DNA of 64,000 bases from Oopsacas minuta. Lineage: Eukaryota; Animalia; Porifera. The DNA is taken from contig JAKMXF010000310.1 in assembly GCA_024704765.1 (NCBI GenBank), positions 1,044,967 through 1,108,966 of the forward strand, written 5' to 3'. Shown here in pieces: positions 53,200-64,000 of this stretch. How positions within the stretch are numbered: position 1 is the first letter of the stretch; each line of letters begins with the position of its first letter. The notes beneath the pieces were generated by a model. It did not search any database, was not told the DNA's origin, and saw only the letters and a program-made list of their open reading frames with translations. Position numbers and translations under genes: made by a program.

Positions 53200-55500
53200 C
53201 CCTATATTAGGTCAATCATCCACATCCCGCGCGGGGAATGGGGAATCCCATTCGGTTCAAGAGGGATAGGGATTTTGTAGCCAAAGAGAGACCAGCCCTA
53301 ATGGAAATAGGGATCCCAGCGGATCAATGCTAGAGGAAAACGGACGTTTTAGCAGTTCTACGAGCAAGAAGCAAAAAACATCAGCCACCCTAGTGATTCG
53401 AGTAGGGGAAATAAATTGGAAAAGGTGGTTAGGGTAAATTCAAGAGGACAGAGAAGGGGCCGATACCATTATGCGAGTGGCACAATAAGCAGACATTTGT
53501 ATGTTCAAATGCGCAAAGTCGGGGCATATCGAATGGCAATGTTCGTCAAGGAGATGCTAAGGTTGTGGAGAGGAGGACACTTGCAAACGATGTTGGAATG
53601 CGGAGACAGCACAAACTCGCATCGATAGGGGAGGTAGTTCAATGAAGGCGAGAGGAAGAAGGGTACTTCCTAAATGAGAGGAAGAAATTGAAAAAGAGTA
53701 GGCAGAGATGTTGAGAAATGAAGTATGCCGACAGTCTAATTCTTCATGGGGTTCTAATGTTGTGCTTGTAAGGAAAAAGGATAGTAGGTGGAGGATTGCA
53801 ATTAATTACAGGAGGTAAAAGGGATCAGGAAGAAAGATACCTATAGCCTCCAAAACATACAGTAAAATTTCCAGTGGAATAGGCTTGGTTCGTTGAATAT
53901 GAAGTATGTGTACAACAGTGCGACATTTGTGTACCTTGGATGGTTTCAGGGTATTTTAACGTACTATTCGAGTTGTTTTCGACAGTATTTTAGCTGGGAT
54001 TAGTGCAGCGGTTCCCAACCTTTTTCAAACCTGGACCCCTTTACCAATTTTGACACATTCTGTGGACTCCCTCTCATAAAAAGAAATAGATCCTGTGGAC
54101 CCCCTGCTGCCGTCCGTGGACCACTAAGGGGTACATGTTCCCAAGGTTGGAAACCGCTGGATTAGTAGATAAGAAGCCTTGGATGTTGTTTTAACGCATT
54201 ATTTGAGTTGTTGTCCACGGTATTTACCATTAATCAATGGATAAATAGCCTAGAGTGTTGTTCCGGTGAATTTGTACGCACTAATCGAGTTCCAGGAGGA
54301 AACTTCAACAATTGATCTCTGTACAGAGACGTCACGCTAGCTTTGTTCACATATGTCATACTTTCCCATTTTTAGCAGTCCGACAGATATTTGATGCTGA
54401 AACTTGCTGTGCTGTCGTGTCCTGAACTATCAATGGCTTTAAATTGTGAATATAAAAAGTTCAGACCCCAACTTTCCCAAAGTGAAATGAAAGAGCAGAA
54501 TATTATGTTAAGAATGTTGTGTGTCCTCCAGGTTCTTCGAACAGCAAGTGAGAATAACGTTTTACGGTAACGCCAATGTAAAATTGAGGATAGGCAAGTG
54601 TCATTTCGGCGTAATTAAGGCATCTTTCTGGGCTGCAAGTGACACAGAGAGAAGGCTTCTTGTTTAGTAAGCAGTCGAGAAGCCCAGTTATTGTCCTAAG
54701 CCTAAGATTGGGCACTAGAAGCGGCCACAAGCAAGTGGAGAATGTGCAGAGGGGAAAGTCATCCTCCTGACGGATCACAATCTTTCAAAATGGATAAGGA
54801 ATTAGAGGAGCCCAAAGCACACCTATGCAGGATGGCTAATGAAAGTAGAAGAAATTTTGTACGAGATCCGCTATCGGGCAGCGTCAATAAATGCATTGCC
54901 AGATTTTTCAGCAGCAAGAGTTTGCGACTGGATGAAGGATGAACACTATAGAAGAGTTTGGAAATAAGGCGTACAATTTAGCCGATCTGAAAAGGTGGCT
55001 AGGCACGTTAAAGAGAGGGAAAAGGAAAGATATGGTCATTCAGGGTACACTCAAACAATTGTTGGATTCGGGATTCGTGGTCAGTGGTAGGTTGGTTGAG
55101 GAAGGTCGCTCCAAGATTAAGAATCATAGACAATGTCTAGCCTATCAACAACAGGGTATTGGTAACAAAGGCTACAGTTGGAATTCGGATAACTCATTCG
55201 ATTCGGAGACGCACTTTGGCCAGCTCGAACTTACGAATGCTACGAAGACACTATTTTTGGATATGTCGAGAGACGCTTAGAGCATACTGTCGGACCTGTC
55301 TGGTTTGCCAAAGGTCCAAGCCAAGTAGAACCTAAACAACCGTTAAACCTTTAGAAACAGTTGACAGTCAGCATGGGGTAGCAGTATCGATGGTACGCTT
55401 TCAAGGGACAAGGATTGCCCGGCCCAATGACGAGACAGAAATGAATACGACAGATCAAGAAGTGCCCCTGGAGCGATGTTCCAAGGAGATGGTCACACCC
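53200..55500 (+). mobile_element. Decayed Ty3/Gypsy LTR retrotransposon internal region (no LTRs recognised)
   Basis: Two degenerate CCHC knuckles (about 53500-53600) and RT SSWGSNVVLVRKKDSRWRIAINYRR (about 53730-53820). RNase H ILLTDH...EIRYR...N..PD (about 54740-54910) and integrase Zn motif YCRTCLVCQR (about 55280-55320). Order is gag-RT-RH-IN. Confidence 0.85.
54006..54159. mobile_element. hAT (Charlie-like) MITE inserted in the Gypsy remnant
   Basis: TIR CAGCGGTT(C/T)CCAACCTT with TSD GATTAGT(G/A). Confidence 0.8.
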
Positions 55501-55920
55501 AAAGCCTCCTCAATAGGATAGTAAGAAAAACTCATGAAAATGTCTTGTAAATCCCACATAAATTCCCATCTGAGCGTCGTTGGAGGAACAAGAATTGTGT
55601 TAGGTATATCAGAACAAATTTAGGTTATAAGAACATATCGGAATAGGAACATTTTCTCAAGTTCCCACGATGCTCAAATATGCAATAAGGTTTATCACTT
55701 ATGGTTATTAAAGGCATTGTATTTCGAAGCAAAAATGCCTTGCAAGAAACATGGAATGTATGAATTCAAATGTTCTGATATATTGTAAATGCTTCTTGTT
55801 TCCCACATATTAGGGAAGAGTCAACTTCTAGAGATGTTGACAAATTTCCATGCATAAGTGAATTACAAGGAAAAATGAAAGATATAATATAATTATTTAT
55901 ATGATTTCTATATAGCCTAC

Positions 55921-56029
55921 CCCTTGAAGTAGAATTGTATATCTGAATGAGCCCGTCTACCAATTCCGTAGCTTGTAACTGTATTAGAGAAGAGTCAGAA
56001 GTATCTGTTTCAATAAAAATATTCGCGAA
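55921..56029 (-). CDS. Host gene exon A (phase 0->1): FANIFIETDTSDSSLIQLQATELVDGLIQIYNSTSR(g)
   Basis: Acceptor atatttttcttcag and donor g|gtaggc; 109 nt. The trailing g plus 'ta' of exon B gives V, yielding YNSTSR-V-LQISGEA, which fits the repeat motif. Confidence 0.8.
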
Positions 56030-56153
56030 CTGAAGAAAAATATTCATTAAGTTATGTACAATGTAAGCAATAGAACAATTATTAATGTAAGTATCTCCAG
56101 AAATAACTGAGCATTCCAACTAGGGTTCATTGTAGTCAATAAAGCAGTGGTTC

Positions 56154-56515
56154 CAGTGTTCCCCTTAAGCGTTTTGACCGGCCCACTGGCCGCCCAAAAC
56201 GCCAATTTGGCATTCCGACGGCCGGTCAATTCGGATCTGCAGCCGATCAAAATGAATATTTCAAATTTCCTATAGCCAATCATAATCTAAAGTTTGCGCA
56301 ATTTTCCCTGTGGAGTACTGGTTTATTATATTATTACGATATATGATATAAATTCAGCGATTTTCGGCAGATCCATGTTGGGTTTCATTTGTATGCTCTG
56401 AAAAGTGTCGCCATCTCCAGCAGGAACTTTGCCGCAATTAGATAGTTTTTGGCCGATAAAACAGACCATGAGGCCGACCAAATGTGACCCATAACTTGGC
56501 TTAGGGGGAACACTG
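56154..56515. mobile_element. hAT-type MITE
   Basis: TIR CAGTGTTCCCC(T/C)TAAGC with TSD AGTGGTT(C/T). Confidence 0.82.
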
Positions 56516-57404
56516 AGTGGTTTTCAACAGTTTTTCACCTGAGGGCCCACTTTCACATTAAAGGGGTCGCGGACAGAGATTGAGTAACAATATCATAAAG
56601 ATGTCTTTAACGTTATGGTAAGAGTCTGGGAAACATGTAGTATATAACTGATTCCCCATACCCTGATAACATAATTTGATAAGATATCTCCAAATAATAG
56701 ATATCATATTCGGACCCAGCATGCTCAATTACACCTGTATAGTCTTTGAAAGCATGTTTCTACCATAATTGTGAAATTTGTTTACTGTATGTACCTAAAA
56801 GTAAACAAATATTCACAATAGGTTGTTTACAATATCATATTGGGAATATACTCGATATACTAATTGGTTCTGTACTTTACATACTGGACTTTATGTCTTC
56901 AAAAATATTCGCTTCATCTGGATGGAGCACGTAATACAAATTGATGTAATAAGTGTTCTTGAAATTCAGAAATTGGTATTTACCGTGTAGTATTAGTGAG
57001 GTCTCATTGTACATATAATCAGAATAAAATGTAGAGTATTTCTTTTGTTTTATGTATTTAGTTATTTGGTGAGAAGTAGAACGGATAATCCTTCACCTGG
57101 ACCGGTACATTCATGAGCAGGGATTCCTCTGAGCCGGCCTTTTTCTAAAAAGAAAGATCCTCATCATATACCTATATGAGCTTGAATCACAGAGTAGGCA
57201 CTTAGGGTCCTCAATCAGTGCTAGATTGTACTTAAAGTCCACTGGCATCTAGATAAACTGTTGCTTCTACATCCAATAGACTGATTATGTATTGACTGGA
57301 AATATTAGTCAAATATGCATCATTTGTTGATTATAATGTAACTAAGGACCTATTTTACTACGATTTTAAAGTATTTCAATGAGAAAATAATTTTGGGATA
57401 CTAT

Positions 57405-57667
57405 GGTATTGGCCTGGCTCGGACAAAAATACACACCTATGACAAAATTATGACGTCATTGTCATCTTTTTTGGATATTTTAAAATTTACATTATTTACC
57501 ACTGCTCAACCAATATACATGATAGAAGTCGGAAAGTATAAAAACAGGTACCCCTCAAATTGACAATGTCCTGCCGTCATGATTCTGACCAAAAGCTAAC
57601 TCATCATGGGATTACTACGTCATCATGACTGTACAAAAATATCAAATTTTTCCTTTTCTTGGTCTAG
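57405..57667 (+). mobile_element. Helitron H1 copy (5' truncated)
   Basis: H1 body ending in CTAG|T at 57664-57668. Confidence 0.6.
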
Positions 57668-60600
57668 TATAGTAAAATATCAAATTTGACTACAATAATT
57701 TTCATATTTTTTAAGGATGAACCAATTTTCACGCTGATACGCCGCAAAATAATGAAATAATGATAATGAGCAGCCCGCCCGCATGCATCGTTAGTTGGAT
57801 CACATGTGGAGCTGAAACAAGTTTCTCGTTAACAGTTGCCTTAACGTCATCTATTCAGGAATAAATGTATAAAATCCAGATTCGAAATGAACCAGGAAGA
57901 TTGTCGATTAATAGGAGTGATGCTTACTTTGCTAATATACTAATTATGTATGATTCAGAAATCGGGAAGTATTTTAATTGTAAATTAGTTCTGTCCTCAC
58001 AGAAAGGCTGTTAAATGCAATAGGGATAAACCATGGATATATTCAAATGAAAATTTCTACAAAAATTTCACCTCGATGCAGGTAATTAAAAATTTAGGTA
58101 ACTCATCATATTGAAGTAATGACAGAATATTACGCCCAAACTTTGCAAAATTTCTTGTCCAACAATTTTGGTGAGCGCCCCCCTAATTACGGGTACCACA
58201 TATAATTTCCTAAAGTAGAATTGGAGATGACGCCTTTAATGGACCCCTACAATATTCTTTGTATTAGGTTTCAGTTTGTTGCAAATATTTTATTGGAATT
58301 GAATAGATCCTCAGAGATAATATAAAGATACATATGGGGGGGAGTAATTCCTATGACAGTAGAAAATCTGAATAAAGCGCAGGGAGAGATACTTTGAGAC
58401 CTATAACGAGTACAAGGAAATAATCTGGATTAAAAAGTATATTTTGGGTGTGTTGAGGGCCTTTTATCACTGGATTGATCTCTATATCGCTTGAGGTTTC
58501 GGTATTTAAGCTAACCTAAACCGCACGTGTTCTAGCAACTGGGATCCCTAAAGACTTGGTCCGCAGAACACTCTTACACCGATTCTCTTTCCTTTTTAAA
58601 CATGCTATAAGAATATAAGCACTACTTTAAACGATGATTTCATTATCGAGATTAACCTCCTCAATCAGGAACCCTGTCAAGAAGTATTGGAAAATACATA
58701 AATTATCCGAATATAATATTTTGACACTCATTAGATTTACTTGTGGAATATTCGAAAAATTTTCTACCTTCAGTATTGATGCTGCGAATATGAATACATA
58801 TTGAAGTAAGGCTTTTTCTCACTGAGGTGTATTTTGTGCCAAAACAGCTTTATCTATTTCTAAAAGATTTAAATAGATTGACCCTTCAGAAATTCTGGTG
58901 GTTATTCTAGGGTTGAATCAATTCAGCTGTAACCCGTAACCTACATTTTATGATTAATCAAATGTAGGTAACTAGTTTACATGGGGATAACCGATATTAT
59001 ATTCAGTGGGAAGTCAGTTTATTACCCCAAATGGATTAATGTGATAGTTTGGAAGGATCAACCACCTAAACTATCAAATGAATCCCACTGAATAGAAAAC
59101 GGATTGTCCCTTTCAAACGAGTTTATCTTTCAGGATTAAATCATTACAATTTTTCTCGACATTTTAGCGGAAATATTGGGGCCAGTTACTGAGATCTATA
59201 CTATACGGTAAAGAATCAATTTAAATACTAACATTCGCGAACACTCCCTGGCCTCAAAAATATTGGAACACCATACCACTAATGCCACATTGCGATAATA
59301 TACTTGTTGAATACTCTGTGGATATATCAGAAATTATTATAGAAGAATCGCCTTTTTTCATTGTTTTACATAATGAGAAAAGGCGATACTTTTGGCCAAG
59401 GACAGTGCAAGGAGTGTATAATTTATATAACAACCGATTCTAGCTTGTATTTATGCTAAATATATAAGAAATATTAGGAAAATTGAGGAAAATGGAGGAA
59501 CCGCTAAGCTCGGTCTATTAAATAGTATTAATAATAAAGTATTTAGGGGGTCGATATGCGCATTCCTAGGCTCAGCTAGCCTAGCGGCATCGAACAAGGA
59601 ATTCATTCGGTTAAGACTCGATGGAGTTAGGACAAAATATCAGAATGTAGTTACATTCCTGAGACATTGGTTGCTAGGTAAGAAATCTCTCCAAATATTG
59701 TCAAGTGATTCATCAATTTGCTGGATATTTGATGTTGATACGAATCTGTTTGTAAAGTTGACTCGATGAATTTTGGAAAGGTTAATTCATGGGGAATATA
59801 TAGAAGTCATTTGGGATCGAAAATGTATCAGTTTAACATTGAGCCGCGGAAAGATTTGATGCCAGTGTCCAAAATATTGCGAATACAAAATTGGTGCGTT
59901 TGTCCAGCGTGTCTCATTTCGGGTGAATCTCGACCCAAGGCCACCTGACTAATAGGGCGTGCATTTATGTATATATAAAAGATCCAAAAATAGTTAACCT
60001 TGAGGGTAACAGATAATAAATTCACTACGTATATGAATTCAACAATTAAAATTGGGGAGGGCTTCTCCAAATTTGGGGAGCCACACATATAATTTCCTAA
60101 AGTATAATTGGGACGTCATCTTTACCCACGAGGACTATTACGCCTAGTCGCGGCAATGTATACAAGCACATACCACATATGGCTGCGGTTAACCAGTTAA
60201 CCGAATGCAACCCTGGATATGTAATACACAGGTAATACTTGTGTATTGTGTCACGTATTTCAATTAGTTAGAATTCCATCCAGGAAAAGAAGGCGTTTTG
60301 AATTGTTTTTGCCAACGGTTTATTTGTTACCATAGGCGCCAGAACGAATTTTGCCCAGGATGGGTATAAAACATATGAACCAGGGGCGAAGCCTGTTATA
60401 CAAACTGACCTGCGTCAAGGGAACGCCAGCTGCTGTCTGCTGGTGCCCCACGACAATCAGAGACGTATTATGGGTATATTGGGCCCCGGGCGGACATCAA
60501 CCACGGGCCTTTAGGAGTTTATTTAGGGACACCCCGAATATACTCCTACAGACTCCTTTGGGATCATCATTGCATTATTATTCATTACCATTAATCTCTG

Positions 60601-60917
60601 TACTATAAAAATTATTGTACGTATATTCAAAATAAATTAACCTTATCATTGTTATTGCTTCACTACTCAAACAAGATAATGCAACAAATTTCTCAATATA
60701 CAAATATTACAGCTTTGTATAGGGCCCCTTTAGGCTCGGGCCCGGGCGACCGCCCCATCCCCCCCTCAATCCACCACTGACAACAATCAGTAATAGTTCC
60801 AACACCTGGTCTAAAGCAAAATCTGCCTATCAGCAACAATTTCCATGGGCATAGAGAGCAATTTTGTATGGTAATTGTATCAAAATTCGCGTATTAGTAA
60901 GGAAATTATTGCAAAGA

Positions 60918-62228
60918 CAAGGGCTGTTCATTAAATAATGAGACTAACTTGTAAAATATAGATCTCAACCAATACCTATATATATATATTTATAATCCAT
61001 GTCAAATCTTCCGACATATTCCACCTCTAACTCTATACATCGTTTCCATCATCCTCTTAGCTTTACTAGCCCAGTGGCATATAATTATTTAGGGGTACCT
61101 ATTTCCTAATGTTTCACTTCCTTCTCTAGCCGTTTGAAATAATCAAATCTCTTCGCTCGAAGAGGTCTCTCCATCTCTCGGAATGACCAGTAGTCGCTAG
61201 GAGCCAGGGCTGGACTATAAATAGGAGGGAGGCATTCGAAGCCCAAGTCGTGAATTGTATCCATTATTTTGGAGCTTACATGGGGCATTGCGTTATCATG
61301 TTGGAGTAGCACGCCATGTATCAACTTGCCTCGCCTCTCACGCTTAATGGCTTTGCGCAATTCAGTCAATTCTTCGATGTAGTTTTCACTGTTGATGGTA
61401 GTCTTCACTGGTAACCAATCAAGAAGTAGAATTTCTTCCATATCCCAGAATACCGTGGCTATTCTCTTTCCAGCTGATGCTGCGGCCTTCACCTAGATGG
61501 GCACAGGTTCACCGCGCCTTTTTCATTGTTTCGATTGACTTTTACTCTCTGGGCCAGAATAATGAAACCAAGACTCATCACTTGTCACGATACGATCCAA
61601 AAATTACTACGAATCTCAATTGTACATTGACAATATTCCTCGCTAACTTTAACCTCCAGCTTTTTGTTCATTGAAAGAAGTTTCGAGAGCCATTGTGCAC
61701 TAACCTTTGACATTTTAGATCTTCCAAAATAATCGAGTGTAATGTGGCTTCGATATACCTACCCTTTCTTCTAACTCCCGAATTGTTTTTCGTCTATCCT
61801 CATCCAATATCCTTTGAACTAAGTCAATATAATGGCGGTTGCTCGAAGAGGTCAGACGACCTGGACGGAGATCATCATGGAGGTCCTAATCGCCATATTC
61901 AAATCGTTCGATCCACTTGTATATGGTGGCATTTGAAGGACATTCATTGCCGAAAACATCCTGCATTCATTGAGAATTTGTGAGCCAGTTTTTCCTTTTC
62001 CACAGGTTCGACGTTATTTTTCCTTGCTAAAAACCATTACTTGAAAAGTACTCAACATAATTGTGGCTGGAATTTGAAAAAATAGAGCTACTATGAAATA
62101 TGCAGTATAACAGATTACATAAGATTACAATATATTTACGCTTGTAATGTAATAGTAGGCGTATAGCTGTCATAAATAGAAACTGAAATCGATATATTAG
62201 TCTCAGTACTTTATGAACCAACCCTTTG
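60918..62228 (-). mobile_element. Full-length decayed mariner element (about 1.3 kb)
   Basis: Imperfect TIRs of about 28-30 bp (CAAGGGCTGTTCATTAAATAATGAGACT versus CAAAGGGTTGGTTCATAAAGTACTGAGACT). Motifs DD.RPGR, RIVTSDESWFHY, LLQHDNA and YSPALAPSDY. Stops and frameshifts present. Confidence 0.88.
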
Positions 62229-62841
62229 TACAATATAATCTTCGGATACATTACCTAATATCCGTAGGAAAAAGACCGTGGATCCACTTGAAAAACTAGG
62301 ATCGGGATCGGGATCGGATCGATAATTTCTGAAAAGATCCTGTTCCTTCCAAATATTAACAAGCAATAGTGCGATATTCTTAATTAAGACTGACTAACCA
62401 GCACTAGTTACCAACTCTTTTCGATTGTCGGTTATTATTCTAATCTTCCTAAAAGGAGGAATAGAATAATAAGGGACAGTCGAAACCTGCTTCTCTTAAT
62501 TATCAGTTGTTTTAATTTTATGTATTACTGAGTGTAAATAATCAAGATTCAATGGTATATAATCTTATAGAATTAAGCGTGACCTACGTAATATAAGGCC
62601 TGACTATTGTGCATAGAATTACCTACCATGGATTACTTAAAGTGCATTTTGTAATTCGCCCATTATTGTAACATGCAAAATTGACATTATCTGAATTGTT
62701 GAAATTCTGTTTTAATCACTTCTCTTATATAGGTATATATATATATAATTAGCCCGAGATTATGTTCCCAAGCCTTTCGTTATTTAGGATTTTACATTTT
62801 TATCTTATTCTGCTATTCTGTTTCATCACTGATTAGCCTTG

Positions 62842-64000
62842 ATGCCTAACACTTGCTCTGCACCTGGATTCCGGAGTAATTATTGGGGGGAGCCATATAC
62901 ACCAGTATTCAGATTACCCTCAAACTCTGAACTTAGAGAAAAATGGCTACGCGCTCTGCACAGGCAGGATATTGAAGATCTAAACAACGTATTTGTTTGT
63001 TCTAATCACTTTCGTACTAAAAATGTCATCACTGAAATGGATATGCCCTCAACCTGATGGCTCATTACAAAAATTACTCGGCGACCAATTCTACATAAGA
63101 ACGCTATACCTTGTCTTCTTCCCAGTTGTCCCAAGTATCTTAGCTCACCATCCCCGAAGCCTGAACGTTTAGATCGTGGGAAGATCGAGAATAAATTGTT
63201 CTTTCAAGCCTTAGAACAGAGCCTTGATCTTCATAAAGCTGAGGATAGTAAGTTCGGTGTCAAATCATAAGGAGAGCTAAATTGTAAACTCGAAGAATTT
63301 GAACTACCTTCTTCTTGGGTTAAATGGTTTTCAGATGACACGTCTATTAACTTGCTAAAGCTGTCAAAAGACAAACATATATATATACCAGCATATGTTT
63401 CAATTAATGACTCCTTAACACCTACAATCCTCTCACAATACACAATCTCAGTGATATTCGAGAAATCGATACCATCATCAGCGAGGTTTCTGCATACACT
63501 AAGGACCCTTGAAAACTGTATTCGCCAAGCTACTTCTAACATTGAAAGTACGATTTCGAAGATAGGAACTTCGAACGATATGCTAGAGAAATATTCAGAA
63601 TTGTTACCCAGTTAAAATTTCTACTGTGCCAGCTTGAGAATACACTAATTCTCAAAAATCGAAGACGGTACAATGTTGTTACAATGGTGCTAGCTCTAAA
63701 ATCTCATTTTATATCTTCTACCTGCTACAGCTACTTACAGTTTTTGAGTTGTTTAATATTTCCCCACCCAACAACTCTACGTAGTCTTTATGGGACTATA
63801 GGCTTAGAGTGTGAGTTGCAAACATATTTGAAGGCTTCTACTGCTAATTTCAATAACCAAGAAAGGAATGTTACATTACATATGGATGAAATACATGTCA
63901 AATCAGAGTTTTTCTTACACAGATGGGAGAATACTTGGCTCTTCAACACAGAATGAAGCAACTAATACAGTTCTAGCATTTATGATATCAAGTTTATGCA
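62842..64000 (+). pseudogene. Decayed THAP-domain P-element-like (THAP9-type) transposase, truncated by the window end
   Basis: THAP motifs CSAPG(F)...W...VCSNHF and NAIP. P-element region S..Y..L...IFPHPTTLRS, LHMDEIHVK (first catalytic D) and TVLAFMISS. Several frameshifts. Confidence 0.85.

Noticed and set aside
55766-56119. 117-aa ORF as a standalone gene
   Set aside because: Only 55921-56029 has splice signals and motif fit; the flanks are intron read-through.
58657-58673. Possible 17-nt micro-exon (G)FLIEE upstream of exon A, with a good acceptor
   Set aside because: The phase fits but it is too short to distinguish from chance without cDNA.
1-64000. CRISPR arrays, rRNA, tRNA and prokaryotic operons
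   Set aside because: No regularly spaced repeat-spacer array, no recognisable structural RNA gene, and gene organisation is eukaryotic.

Overview
AT-rich eukaryotic genomic DNA with spliceosomal GT-AG introns. It is probably from an early-branching animal such as a sponge; this is inference from the repeat protein and the TE spectrum. I found no rRNA, tRNA or CRISPR array. Most of the window (916-56029) is one minus-strand host gene that the ORF track almost entirely misses. I could join 10 exons (1,347 nt, about 2.4% of the span) in frame with canonical splice sites and matching phases. At least one internal exon is still unfound, and the gene appears to continue past the left edge and upstream. 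The protein is a tandem array of roughly 130-aa cadherin-like repeats (NDNxP...YxEG...LxDxD...LxGxA...Y...L...N...R.I...DG) with many N-glycosylation sequons. The repeats resemble those of giant bacterial adhesins. Its 1.8-10 kb introns hold many transposons. One is a young, intact DD35E Tc1-type element (4565-5932) with perfect 27-bp TIRs and a TA duplication; a matching empty site lies at 28319. Others are a Transib/RAG1-like transposase fragment, four hAT fragments, a Gypsy remnant, two non-autonomous Helitron families and many nested MITEs. Upstream of the last exon found are a decayed full-length mariner and a decayed THAP/P-element transposase.
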